This document shows positions 1-8,770 of a DNA stretch of 64,000 nucleotides, piece after piece. How positions within the stretch are numbered: the first letter of the stretch is position 1; the number at the start of each line of letters is the position of its first letter. The notes below the pieces were generated by a model. It had not been told where the DNA came from and did no database searches. It saw only the letters and a list, made by a program, of their open reading frames with translations. The stretch comes from a virus. Location: the IMG/VR virus record IMGVR_UViG_3300025916_000002. One strand, written 5' to 3'. The position numbers were made by a program, and so were the translations under genes.

Positions 1-4
1 AAAA

Positions 5-286
5 TTATTCATGGTTGTTTGTTTTATAATTTTCCATTATAAACTTTTCAATATCGGGTATCCTGAACCATTTATTACTACCAACCCACGTCGCCTTACA
101 GGATTGCGGAAAGAAATCCAGCGACTTACGATTAGCACCCGTCAGACGTAGCTGGTATTCGGCTATTGCTTCTACTTTAAAATCGTAGCCCGGGTCGGCT
201 TCGTAGAGCAAAATAAGAGCTGTGTAGTCCTTTTGCTGTTGACGTTTTGCAGCCATATGGTCTTTATATTGTTGAAGGTCGATCAT
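5..286 (-). CDS. hypothetical phage protein (93 aa)
   Basis: Last visible member of a tightly packed leftward operon. Its start overlaps the stop of 283..558 by 4 nt. No recognisable motif. Confidence 0.5.
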   Translation of the reverse strand: MIDLQQYKDHMAAKRQQQKDYTALILLYEADPGYDFKVEAIAEYQLRLTGANRKSLDFFPQSCKATWVGSNKWFRIPDIEKFIMENYKTNNHE

Positions 287-558
287 CCAACTTCATTTTC
301 AGTCCCATAAACGACCAGCCAGCGTATCAGTAACTTAGCGTCCATATCTGGGTAAAATACCGCGTCACCAATGTCAGTGAAAGGCACTTCAAACCAAACA
401 TGCTTTTCGTCCACAAGGATAGTCCGATAATGCATGTGGCCCTTTTTTGCACCCATAAAGTGGGCCAGCGGATTCTGGCGATACAACTCCTTCTTTATTT
501 CAGTATGTGTCATGGCTTTGGCTTTTGAGGTGGTATAATCCAATATCTCGTATTCCAT
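283..558 (-). CDS. hypothetical phage protein (91 aa; alternative start at 513 gives 76 aa)
   Basis: Same-strand operon member. The internal Met at 513 forms an ATGA overlap with the stop of 510..1106, so the shorter form may be the real one. Confidence 0.5.
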   Translation of the reverse strand: MEYEILDYTTSKAKAMTHTEIKKELYRQNPLAHFMGAKKGHMHYRTILVDEKHVWFEVPFTDIGDAVFYPDMDAKLLIRWLVVYGTENEVG

Positions 559-1106
559 GGTCGCCCTTCGTGATTCGTATGGTCCGGCTGCGCGAAAACA
601 TGAGCTTCATAAGGAGCCATAATCTCCTCAGCTTTCGGTGAAATCCATACGAAATCCTGACCGAAATTGTCCGCAATCAATACACCGCCGTTTTCAGCGA
701 AATGATCCAGCGCCCATTGTAGCATTTCTGTTCTATAAAGACCGTCAATTGAAATAACATCATACAGCTTGCTGATTGGGAGTAAGTCGAAGTACGCTTT
801 CATTCCTTCCGGAGTTCCGTCGGGGATGTCGCCGTTGTACAGTACAGCGCCGTTATACAATCCTTCAGCGTCGCAATACGCCTCTACATCTTTTGCCCAT
901 TGCAAACTTGACTCCACAGAATCCACCCAAAAACATTTGCTACGGAGCCACGCCGTCGAAGCGCCTGATCCTGTTTCCAGCCATGTAACGCCAGATAGGT
1001 TCCACGTTTTTAGGTAGTCCATGAAAGGGTGGGACCACCAGGGCTCGATAAGGCCGTTTTCGGAATCAATCCGCTGCCATTCATATAGCTGGTTTTTGTC
1101 TATCAT
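510..1106 (-). CDS. putative class I SAM-dependent methyltransferase (possibly a sugar O-methyltransferase)
   Basis: The translation has a Rossmann motif-I-like WLETGSGASTAW, then VDSVES and VISIDG. It sits in an operon with glycosyltransferase-like genes. Motif-level call only. Confidence 0.45.
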   Translation of the reverse strand: MIDKNQLYEWQRIDSENGLIEPWWSHPFMDYLKTWNLSGVTWLETGSGASTAWLRSKCFWVDSVESSLQWAKDVEAYCDAEGLYNGAVLYNGDIPDGTPEGMKAYFDLLPISKLYDVISIDGLYRTEMLQWALDHFAENGGVLIADNFGQDFVWISPKAEEIMAPYEAHVFAQPDHTNHEGRPWNTRYWIIPPQKPKP

Positions 1107-1351
1107 TGCGTTTTCAATTGCAACATTATATCTTCATTTAACTTTATCACCCCATCTTCCAACTCCACCGCATTGCCGTTCTTCAGCAGTAGCTTCACCG
1201 CGCCTGCGGCGCTCACCGCGTCAGTCTTTAACATTTCTGCTATAGCCGAACGATTGGCGTAACCGCCTGCGCGTTGAAGAGCGATGGCGAGGTTGAGCTC
1301 GATGGTGGTGGTAAACCAGTTGTTCTTGGTTTTAATTTTGAGTTGGGGCAT
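1103..1351 (-). CDS. hypothetical phage protein (82 aa)
   Basis: 4-nt overlap with the downstream gene; operon context. Confidence 0.5.
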   Translation of the reverse strand: MPQLKIKTKNNWFTTTIELNLAIALQRAGGYANRSAIAEMLKTDAVSAAGAVKLLLKNGNAVELEDGVIKLNEDIMLQLKTQ

Positions 1352-1589
1352 GGGTTGCCAAATCGCTGGTTACGAAGATGAAAAAGGAATAGCCGCCGTA
1401 GCTAAGATGGTCGTATTTTACGCCATTTATTTCCAGCAATGGAAGCTGGACGCCGCCGAGCATTGGAGACATCATCTCATCCAGAGTCGCCTTTGTTTGC
1501 GCATCAATAGCCAGAATGATTTCTTTCGGCAAGTTTAATGCTTCGGCATTGTTGATTAGCGGGTCAAGGAAGTCTTTAAAAAGGTTCAT
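1332..1589 (-). CDS. hypothetical phage protein (85 aa)
   Basis: Operon context; overlaps 1103..1351 by 20 nt. Confidence 0.45.
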   Translation of the reverse strand: MNLFKDFLDPLINNAEALNLPKEIILAIDAQTKATLDEMMSPMLGGVQLPLLEINGVKYDHLSYGGYSFFIFVTSDLATHAPTQN

Positions 1590-1600
1590 AATGTATTGTT

Positions 1601-2413
1601 TTATTGGTTAGTCATCAACTCCATGTACTGTTCACGATACCTCTCCCACCATCCAAAATCCTCGTTCGGCCAGTAGTACTTCAACACGGTCATGAGTATT
1701 TCATGGTTGGCGTCAGTCCACAATGGGCGCGGGAGGTGGAAATCAATGATGTCGGGTGAAAGGCGGTCGAGCAAAAATTGATCGTCCCTGTCCAAGCGAT
1801 GGTTCGCGAATTGCGTTCCTGGGCGCGCGCGTTCTACGGGCCAGATAAGAGTTTTTGGAGAGTTTTGGATATACTTAAATATCGTATCCTGATCAAATGA
1901 CCATTGATTGGCCCTGAAATTTTGGCATTCAATCGGCCCCAGTAGTTCGTCAAGGCAGTCCTGATATGTGCGTCCATCAACTTTCATAACCTCTTGCCAT
2001 TGATGAGTGCGGCCTGCAAGAAAACACATTGGAAGCTGGTTTTCGGGAACCAAATCGACTCCTATAATATTGAATCTACCGGGCTCAATGAGGCTTAGTA
2101 ACGGAGAGAACGCGATCATGTCGATGTCGGACACTATAAGAAGTTCATTGTAGGGTAGGTCATACAATGCGCCAGCCATTAATCTTGATACCTGCGCGTA
2201 TGTGGCTGCTTTATCCGCTGGACACTCAAAACCAACACTGCGCAAACCCGGCGCATGCGCGGCCGCTGTTTGTATAACGAAAATCTCCTTGGAGCCCATC
2301 TCTCGGGGAGAAAAGCAAATCACTTCCGCACGGAGTTGTTTCCATGCCCATGCTACGATGGGAAGGTTGTATAAATAAATGTCATCGCTGGTGCTAGAGA
2401 GGATTGCTTTCAT
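1601..2413 (-). CDS. putative GT-A-type glycosyltransferase-like protein (270 aa)
   Basis: DxD-like LIVSDIDMI motif mid-protein, plus size and operon context. Weak. Confidence 0.35.
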   Translation of the reverse strand: MKAILSSTSDDIYLYNLPIVAWAWKQLRAEVICFSPREMGSKEIFVIQTAAAHAPGLRSVGFECPADKAATYAQVSRLMAGALYDLPYNELLIVSDIDMIAFSPLLSLIEPGRFNIIGVDLVPENQLPMCFLAGRTHQWQEVMKVDGRTYQDCLDELLGPIECQNFRANQWSFDQDTIFKYIQNSPKTLIWPVERARPGTQFANHRLDRDDQFLLDRLSPDIIDFHLPRPLWTDANHEILMTVLKYYWPNEDFGWWERYREQYMELMTNQ

Positions 2414-2417
2414 TATG

Positions 2418-3107
2418 TTACAAACCTTTTATAAAGAAAATAGTTCTTTCCGGATTATGATTGGTCGAATAATAGGCCACCCAGTCCATGTCTTCACCGG
2501 CTGTTTTAATGCCCATTTTGTGCAGACACATGGATGCCTGTGATTGATCTTGCCGTCCAAAGAGAAATAAAGGATGTTCGCTATCCTTAGTATCATGCAC
2601 ACGGTTGCCATCAAAAAGCCCCCATTCCATACCGTATTTCCAGCGCTTGAAAAACTCTTTGCCCTTGGGATTTTCGATATTTATGCCGACGAGTCCGGTG
2701 GCGAATTCGCTTACGTTCACCAAATCTTCCCTCTTAACGCCTTCTGTGGTAAGCAAGTTGTCCGTAGCAGTTTGCGCCAGGGAGTAGCCAGATTTAAAGA
2801 AATATAGCCCGTTGTCATTAATGAAATCAAATATCGGCATCGGGTCTTGCACGGCGTATAACGAGCTATCCGCCCATAATACAACAGTATAACCTGCGGC
2901 GAAGGCTGCTTCAAAAGCATATAACTTAAAGTTATACTGTCCCGGCCCCGCATGCTTCGGGCACCCTTCCGGATAATCCCGCCAGAACATCGTATGACCA
3001 CCCCAGCCCACGAAGTTGAGGGAGCGCTCGAGACGGTCTACGCCGACGGGATAGTGGCCGCCTATACCGCAGGATATGATACAAGCTTTGTGGTTAGTAA
3101 GATCCAT
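2418..3107 (-). CDS. hypothetical protein, possible nucleotide-sugar transferase (229 aa)
   Basis: Lies between glycosyltransferase-like genes. VVLWADSS sits where a DxD-type strand would be. Very weak. Confidence 0.3.
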   Translation of the reverse strand: MDLTNHKACIISCGIGGHYPVGVDRLERSLNFVGWGGHTMFWRDYPEGCPKHAGPGQYNFKLYAFEAAFAAGYTVVLWADSSLYAVQDPMPIFDFINDNGLYFFKSGYSLAQTATDNLLTTEGVKREDLVNVSEFATGLVGINIENPKGKEFFKRWKYGMEWGLFDGNRVHDTKDSEHPLFLFGRQDQSQASMCLHKMGIKTAGEDMDWVAYYSTNHNPERTIFFIKGL

Positions 3108-3534
3108 CTGCTTTCTCTTTTGAAATTACGTGTTGTTGTGTCTGACCGGTGGCTTCCAAAAGCAATGCGGCCTGTCTTTGTTTGTACTCCTCGGCGCGCT
3201 CTTTGTCATATTCATCAAATATGTCCTGCGTCGTCTGCGCCTTTCCATCTCTCAGGTCTTTAAGATAGGCAATCACCCTCTCCTTGGCCGTCGGCTGCTG
3301 ATACAACGGGTTCTTGCCGTCATTCACCGGGTAAATCATGAAGGTGGTCGCGTACGATTCTTCAAACAAATCCCATAACAGCGAGCCCGCAAAGTTGAAC
3401 AAATGCCCGAAGAAGCAATTCTTTTCACCCGTGCGCACAACATTAATTGCCCATTTATCCGCGTCGGTGCGCTCCATATAGGAGATGATGTTTTCGAGGG
3501 AAAAGGGGTTATACGATTCCGTAGCGTTGTTCAT
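3094..3534 (-). CDS. hypothetical phage protein (146 aa)
   Basis: Operon member with overlapping start and stop on both sides. Confidence 0.5.
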   Translation of the reverse strand: MNNATESYNPFSLENIISYMERTDADKWAINVVRTGEKNCFFGHLFNFAGSLLWDLFEESYATTFMIYPVNDGKNPLYQQPTAKERVIAYLKDLRDGKAQTTQDIFDEYDKERAEEYKQRQAALLLEATGQTQQHVISKEKADGSY

Positions 3535-4156
3535 GAGGCGTTGAATTATGGTTGTAGAAATAAATAAACTCGTCTATGTGGTGTTCGGTTAGTAAGTGGG
3601 GTTTTAAAGCTCGCGCCCATGCGTGATCCTCGCCGTAGCGAATTCTCGGGACAGGAACAGTCTGTGCAATGTCTGTACGAATAACATCCTTGAAGTAAGG
3701 CGTCCTAACGTAATCGTATCCGTCCTGATTCTCGCCCCAATCATCGTATTTCAAGCTGTGATTGCTGGTGAATTCTTTGCCGTTAATGGTACAAAGCTCC
3801 TTGAAAGTGATACAATCGGGCTTCTCGGCGCGGATGATGGCCAATATCTTTTCAATTGCGCGACCATCAATACTATCATCGTCGTCTATTTGCCAGCTGT
3901 AAAGCCCTCGAGACCGGGCATACATTCTTTCGCGCTTCTCTCCAATCGTCAGCTCCTTGTTGTCCCGGTAATACATGAAGTGAATATTCTTACTCCCCCA
4001 TCCGCCCATACCTTCGCAGGGGCCGTCAGTCCAGCCATACATTGGTTCTTCACCAATAGCAACGCATTGATTCCGTACGACCTCCTCAATGAAGGCATAT
4101 TCTTTTTCGCGGCCAACGACGGTTGGTATTTGTATGGAGAGAAGGGGTTGGGTCAT
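3509..4156 (-). CDS. glycosyltransferase family 2-like protein (215 aa)
   Basis: N-terminal LLSIQIPTVVGRE (GT2-style first strand) and acidic WQIDDDDSIDG (DxD-type) motif. Confidence 0.5.
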   Translation of the reverse strand: MTQPLLSIQIPTVVGREKEYAFIEEVVRNQCVAIGEEPMYGWTDGPCEGMGGWGSKNIHFMYYRDNKELTIGEKRERMYARSRGLYSWQIDDDDSIDGRAIEKILAIIRAEKPDCITFKELCTINGKEFTSNHSLKYDDWGENQDGYDYVRTPYFKDVIRTDIAQTVPVPRIRYGEDHAWARALKPHLLTEHHIDEFIYFYNHNSTPHEQRYGIV

Positions 4157-4440
4157 ATTCTGGCTTCAAGACGTGAAAGAAGACGGTCGAACCATTCATT
4201 TTGGCGAACAAGGGATTCGCCAGCCTCATTGAGGCGGTACAGGTGCCCGGGGCCGAATTGCTGTGGTTTGTGTGCCGGAATAGCTTGCGGTCCTTCAGCA
4301 GGCGGCTGCTCTTCCAGGCGGTTAACGGCTCTTTCCAGTCTGAGAAGCCATTCGGAGTTTGTCTTTAGCGCAATTTCAAAGCCTGCGCAAAGATTGTCCA
4401 TTCTTGTTTCAGGAGACTGCGCTCCGGTAGATTGTAACAT
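4153..4440 (-). CDS. hypothetical phage protein (95 aa)
   Basis: ATGA-type overlaps at both ends. Confidence 0.5.
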   Translation of the reverse strand: MLQSTGAQSPETRMDNLCAGFEIALKTNSEWLLRLERAVNRLEEQPPAEGPQAIPAHKPQQFGPGHLYRLNEAGESLVRQNEWFDRLLSRLEARI

Positions 4441-5132
4441 TATGGTTGATTTAAATAAAAATTATGTTTCTCTCTTTCTTCAAACGTCGCCCTGTCAACC
4501 GTCCATCCGATATCTTGCTGCCGGCGATACATTTCATCTTCTGGCAAATGGCCATACGAGGGTAAGAGGTGATGATAAATGATTCCTGGAATATAGATGT
4601 ACCTTCCCCGGTGGCGAGCGACGTGCATGCTCTCGTTGTCCGCGAACAAGCTGAGATAGGCCGGATTGTAAATAAACAAATCCCTCTCAAAGTACTTGCG
4701 ATCCGCAATATAAAGCACGGGCACCCTATCGTCAGAATCAATATCCTGAAGGTGGATATAGCCATCACCATCGGGAAAGTGCTCATCAAAGTAAGACCGG
4801 ATAATTACATCAAATCCATAAACCGTCAGCCGCATGTCATCCGATATATTCACCAGAATATCCCACTTATACTCATCCGGTATGGGCCGGTTGATGGCGT
4901 TGATTTTACCGGTAGAGCGGCCCCAGCTCGTATAGAGATTTGGCCAATCTTGATTGAACAGAATCTCGCCGTAGTCGTCGCACGTGGGGTCATCAGTATC
5001 TAACACGCACCATATCGTAAATCTCTCCTTATCCGCAATCATCGCGTACAGGTTATCCAGCGTGTCTTTGAACCGCTGCGGGCGTTCGCGGCTGGCAAGC
5101 TTGAAGATGATATGGGCGTGTTGGAAGTTCAT
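4440..5132 (-). CDS. GT-A-like glycosyltransferase candidate (230 aa)
   Basis: IIFKLASRERP near the N-terminus, then acidic motifs VLDTDDP and VNISDDM. Operon context. Confidence 0.4.
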   Translation of the reverse strand: MNFQHAHIIFKLASRERPQRFKDTLDNLYAMIADKERFTIWCVLDTDDPTCDDYGEILFNQDWPNLYTSWGRSTGKINAINRPIPDEYKWDILVNISDDMRLTVYGFDVIIRSYFDEHFPDGDGYIHLQDIDSDDRVPVLYIADRKYFERDLFIYNPAYLSLFADNESMHVARHRGRYIYIPGIIYHHLLPSYGHLPEDEMYRRQQDIGWTVDRATFEEREKHNFYLNQP

Positions 5133-5317
5133 TCGCCAGTGGTAAGAAAGACGAAGATTCGTTTAGCTTCACTAACTACTGTTTCAATATCTTCACCGCC
5201 GTTGCTATTTTGTATAGCCAATTGAAGTGCCCGATCGAGCGTATGGTAAGCGCGCTCTTTTTCCTGTGCCTCCTTTTGCGCCTTTATAGCGGCACTCATT
5301 CCTTGTTCTTCTGTCAT
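5129..5317 (-). CDS. hypothetical phage protein (62 aa)
   Basis: 4-nt overlap with 4440..5132. Confidence 0.45.
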   Translation of the reverse strand: MTEEQGMSAAIKAQKEAQEKERAYHTLDRALQLAIQNSNGGEDIETVVSEAKRIFVFLTTGE

Positions 5318-5328
5318 AGTATTGTAGT

Positions 5329-5652
5329 TTATTCGGTTTCGCTATCATTTTCCACCACCGCCCAAATTTCACCCAACTGCCCATGTATCGGCCCTTGCAA
5401 CCATTTGTACGTCACCTTGTCGATCAGCATGGGTACGCCACAGCCGGTGGGGTATAGCAACACATCGCCAAGCTTGAACATATCACCGAAATCATCGGAC
5501 AGCGCCATAACGCGACCTTGCTCCAACTCAACGTTTGCCGTGGCGGGGATAATTATCTTTCCTGCATACAGCTCTTCCTTGCGCGGCAGCGGTTCAACTA
5601 TCAATCGGTTGCTGATGGGCTTTGGTAATTTCAATGTCGTCACCTTGATCAT
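5329..5652 (-). CDS. groES: co-chaperonin GroES/Cpn10-like protein (107 aa)
   Basis: GroES pattern along the whole length: SNRLIVEPLP..AGKIIIP (mobile-loop region), QGRVMALS, KLGDVLLY, IWAVVE. Size is typical for Cpn10. Confidence 0.75.
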   Translation of the reverse strand: MIKVTTLKLPKPISNRLIVEPLPRKEELYAGKIIIPATANVELEQGRVMALSDDFGDMFKLGDVLLYPTGCGVPMLIDKVTYKWLQGPIHGQLGEIWAVVENDSETE

Positions 5653-5819
5653 ACTATTAACGCTTTTGCTTTCTTTAATGTTTCACGCGCCTTGTCGGAT
5701 TGGAGGCGGTCGTCTTTGTTTAGTTCCCAACGCCTGATTGTGAACGTTGACCTTTTAAAGGCTTTCGCGAGAGCGGCCACCTGGAAGTCGTTGTAAATAG
5801 ATTTTTTGTTCTTTTTCAT
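5649..5819 (-). CDS. small HTH-like DNA-binding protein (56 aa; below the ORF-track cutoff)
   Basis: Hand-translated as MKKNKKSIYNDFQVAALAKAFKRSTFTIRRWELNKDDRLQSDKARETLKKAKALIV. Its TGA overlaps the GroES ATG (ATGA). It is the first gene after the divergent promoter region. Confidence 0.4.
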   Translation of the reverse strand: MKKNKKSIYNDFQVAALAKAFKRSTFTIRRWELNKDDRLQSDKARETLKKAKALIV

Positions 5820-5894
5820 ACGTTGAAAGCAAATTTACAAGTATTTTTGGAATTACAAAATAAATTATTTTATATTTGTGGAAACAAATGCAAG
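5820..5894. promoter_or_regulatory. AT-rich divergent promoter region with Bacteroidota-type -7 motifs (TAnnTTTG)
   Basis: Plus strand has TATTTTTG (5842-5849) and TATATTTG (5871-5878). Minus strand has TAAATTTG (5830-5837). The region lies between divergent operons. Confidence 0.5.
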
Positions 5895-6254
5895 ATGAGC
5901 ATATTTGCTGATATTTTCCAGTTCTTCGCGTCTAATCGCAGAACGGGTTCTTCTACCTTAATAAAGGAGATAGCCGAAAAGAATGATGTATATATACTGG
6001 TTGCGAACATGGAGCAGGAGAAAGAGTTTGGCGAAAAGGCGGTGTCGATGACAAATCTAAAAAGTTTTCAACACAAATCGGCTAAGCCCGTTTTGGTAGA
6101 CAATTACACCATGTTGAAATTGTCGGAAGGTGCGCATGGAATAATCAACGATCTGTCGGGTAAAATTAAAGCCCGCGACGAAATGATTTTAGACATAAAA
6201 GAAATCATAAGTCAATTTGAACGTAAACACGGTGAAATAAAATGGCAGCCATGA
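5895..6254 (+). CDS. hypothetical phage protein (119 aa from the first ATG)
   Basis: The track ORF 5823.. starts at a TTG inside the promoter region. The first ATG is at 5895, downstream of the TATATTTG motif. Confidence 0.55.
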   Translation: MSIFADIFQFFASNRRTGSSTLIKEIAEKNDVYILVANMEQEKEFGEKAVSMTNLKSFQHKSAKPVLVDNYTMLKLSEGAHGIINDLSGKIKARDEMILDIKEIISQFERKHGEIKWQP

Positions 6255-6475
6255 TAATAGAAACCCCCACCGGCTATATCTGCGACGACCCGCGTGTGTT
6301 CAGCATAACGGTCATCGAGCGTCCGAATATGTCGCCGCCAATATTTACCCTTGAACTGACGATGGTTGATGGCGGCACCAAGAAGTTCGGCGGCAAGCCA
6401 TTCTCATTCACCGATAAACTCATCAAAGAAGCTGAAGCGTGGCTTGCCACACTTCCCGCAGACCCGTCGCTGTGA
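6242..6475 (+). CDS. hypothetical phage protein (77 aa)
   Basis: 13-nt overlap with the upstream gene; followed by a terminator-like hairpin. Confidence 0.5.
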   Translation: MAAMIIETPTGYICDDPRVFSITVIERPNMSPPIFTLELTMVDGGTKKFGGKPFSFTDKLIKEAEAWLATLPADPSL

Positions 6476-6499
6476 AGGGTTGAAATCTGCCGCAGCACC

Positions 6500-6564
6500 C
6501 CGCCTCACTTCTAAATTTTTAAGGCGTTAATGTAATTTGTTTTGATGAAGTGGGGCGGTTTTTT
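6500..6564 (+). terminator. long-loop hairpin plus T-run (intrinsic terminator candidate)
   Basis: CCGCCTCACTTC (6500-6511) pairs with GAAGTGGGGCGG (6547-6558): 12 bp including one G-U, with a 35-nt loop. It is followed by TTTTTTGTT. Confidence 0.45.
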
Positions 6565-6584
6565 GTTCAAATGCCGAAAGCGAT

Positions 6585-7460
6585 ATGGTCATAAGTACAA
6601 ATAGCCAACTTGGTCTACGGATGAATAGCCTCGAAAAACAGGTAGAGTTTTTGGAGTTGCTGAAATCGTTATATGAAAAAGAGGCAAAACGATTAGATGA
6701 GTTTCATCAAAAGCTAAGCAACCATCCAAACAAAACCGATGATGTGTATCATTTCGAAGATGACGACCCGCTCGGAATTGAGGCGCTTGATTTTGTCAAT
6801 CATATAGAAGCTAACCATAACGAAAAAGAGGTCAGAGCAAAAGTAACACTGGCGATTGGCGAAAAGGATATTATTAAAGGCGAAGACTCTAAATACTTTT
6901 TCATCTGCGATAGTGTTTACAAGGCGGCAGAACTGATTAAGGTAAATAAAACATTCACAGGAAGGACTCTGAAAGACATTTCATTTGGCAAATATACTTA
7001 CCTCATGGGTAAAAATGTCGCCGTCAGGTTTGTCGTTGGCGTTAATGCAATCAAGGGCTTTTACTACAACGATAAAGATAATGTCGCTTTTGAATGGGGT
7101 ATTGAAATGGAAGATGGCGGTTATTATTTCGACCTGCGTTTTCAGGAATTATTTACCACTATAATGCAGGTGCTTACTTTTGTAGAGCTTGGTGATATTG
7201 AGGTTAAGCTACTGGAAGCGGGCCGAAATAATGGAAAGGATAAAAATAAAGGCAAGGTAACGAATACTAGTAATAATACCGTCTTTGTTGTTGATTCATC
7301 ATGGAATCAAATCATTATTCGCACCGATGGTTTTGCGGTAAGAGGGCATTTTCGGCTACAGCCCTGCGGCATAGGAATGAAAGACCGCCATCTTATATGG
7401 ATTGATGCTTTTGAAAAACATGGATATAAAAGAAGGCCGAAAGGCGAAATCATTAAATAA
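6585..7460 (+). CDS. hypothetical phage protein (291 aa)
   Basis: Long ORF with no competing frame. No motif recognised. Confidence 0.6.
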   Translation: MVISTNSQLGLRMNSLEKQVEFLELLKSLYEKEAKRLDEFHQKLSNHPNKTDDVYHFEDDDPLGIEALDFVNHIEANHNEKEVRAKVTLAIGEKDIIKGEDSKYFFICDSVYKAAELIKVNKTFTGRTLKDISFGKYTYLMGKNVAVRFVVGVNAIKGFYYNDKDNVAFEWGIEMEDGGYYFDLRFQELFTTIMQVLTFVELGDIEVKLLEAGRNNGKDKNKGKVTNTSNNTVFVVDSSWNQIIIRTDGFAVRGHFRLQPCGIGMKDRHLIWIDAFEKHGYKRRPKGEIIK

Positions 7461-7470
7461 CAATCAGCTC

Positions 7471-8103
7471 ATGCTAACCGCCCCCGCCAACAACCTCATA
7501 CTCCAAATCAAGGAGAAATTCCAGCAGAAAATCGGTTCGCTGTTCATTGACAACCGGTTGGAACCGCAGGAAAGCGTGACCATTACCGGCACCGTTGTCA
7601 GCGTCCCGCGCGCTATTACCGAGCGCCGCGACCTGCTGGGCTACAGTACGGCAGGTATTAAACCCGGCGACCATGTTATTTTCCGCTATACGGTCATTGC
7701 GTCCTTCTCTGCCCAGCCGAAGAATGATAGCAACGTCTTTAAGAACCGCATCTGGCACGAAGGCCAGGAGTATTGGCGCTGTTCTATCATGGAAGTATTT
7801 GCGGTGATTCGCGGCGAGGAAATCATGATGGTGAATGGATATGTGATGACTGACCTGCCATCGGAAACGAGTTTGATTTACCGCACGACGGTGAAAGATT
7901 ACGACTGCACCACCGCGCGCGTGCTCAACATCGGCTGGCGGCGTACGCATGAGCCGGCAATCCCTGTGGAGAAGGGCGACACTATTTATTTCCATCCCCG
8001 ACTGGCGCAGCATTACAGGATTGATGAGAAGCAGTTTTTGATTATCAGGCAGAGTCATGTGCTGGGGGTGAGGGGGTTGAGAGAGGAGATTATGGAGGCG
8101 TAA
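7471..8103 (+). CDS. hypothetical protein, possible tandem GroES-fold protein (210 aa)
   Basis: First ATG after the stop of 6585..7460. Two segments each show a GroES-like pattern (LILQIKEK..GSLFID..GTVVSVP..IKPGDHVIF and VMTDLPSE..ARVLNIGW..VEKGDTIYFHP..FLIIRQSHVLGV). Confidence 0.35.
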   Translation: MLTAPANNLILQIKEKFQQKIGSLFIDNRLEPQESVTITGTVVSVPRAITERRDLLGYSTAGIKPGDHVIFRYTVIASFSAQPKNDSNVFKNRIWHEGQEYWRCSIMEVFAVIRGEEIMMVNGYVMTDLPSETSLIYRTTVKDYDCTTARVLNIGWRRTHEPAIPVEKGDTIYFHPRLAQHYRIDEKQFLIIRQSHVLGVRGLREEIMEA

Positions 8104-8115
8104 AAAACAGTCAAA

Positions 8116-8337
8116 ATGAAACCAATTACAACAATAGTAAAAGTCGAAATTACCAAACTGAAGGTGGATGGGGATTATTTCTCTTTTAATTACACTCTTT
8201 GGGTGAACGATATTTTTAAGGCCAAGGATTCGTATAGTAGCGATCATGGCTGGCACGCAAATGAATTAGAAAAGTTCAAAGAAAACTTAAAAAACGGATA
8301 CGCTGCTCAACTTGCCCTTGACAGGCTTAAACTATAA
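8116..8337 (+). CDS. hypothetical phage protein (73 aa)
   Basis: Compact same-strand spacing. Confidence 0.5.
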   Translation: MKPITTIVKVEITKLKVDGDYFSFNYTLWVNDIFKAKDSYSSDHGWHANELEKFKENLKNGYAAQLALDRLKL

Positions 8338-8339
8338 TC

Positions 8340-8726
8340 ATGAGCGTCCAAAAAGTCTTTATCGATCAACCTGCTGTGGAGTTAATATTCCCGAGCGGCA
8401 TAAAGGTGCAGTTTCCGACAGACGCCTTGCAGAGTGTTTTATTGGAAGCCTGTGATCGTGGCAACCCGAAAGTAACCGTCAATTTAAATCCTCCGCCGCT
8501 GCGATTTAAAATGTTGCAAGACTACAATTCTCCCGGCATGTTCATGCCGGCCGGTACCGTATCCCGGCAAATGACGGAAAAGGAGTATGAAGACAATGGC
8601 GTATTGCCGCATTTAAGAACGTACGGTCGGGAGGCGCTGAATTACTTTAAGTTTAAAAATGTAACATGGCCGGTAAATACGGAGCGCCTTGAATCGCATC
8701 CTGATTGGTTCGAGCTGCTGAAATAG
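8340..8726 (+). CDS. hypothetical phage protein (128 aa)
   Basis: Starts 2 nt after the previous stop. Confidence 0.55.
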   Translation: MSVQKVFIDQPAVELIFPSGIKVQFPTDALQSVLLEACDRGNPKVTVNLNPPPLRFKMLQDYNSPGMFMPAGTVSRQMTEKEYEDNGVLPHLRTYGREALNYFKFKNVTWPVNTERLESHPDWFELLK

Positions 8727-8770
8727 ATTTTCCTCCACCATGTTGCAAATTTCTCCTACCTTAGCAGGCA

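Noticed and set aside
3623-4582. 319-aa plus-strand ORF spanning three minus-strand genes
   Set aside because: It crosses gene boundaries of a tightly coupled leftward operon. The translation is Arg/Ser/Cys-rich with no motif. Judged a shadow ORF.
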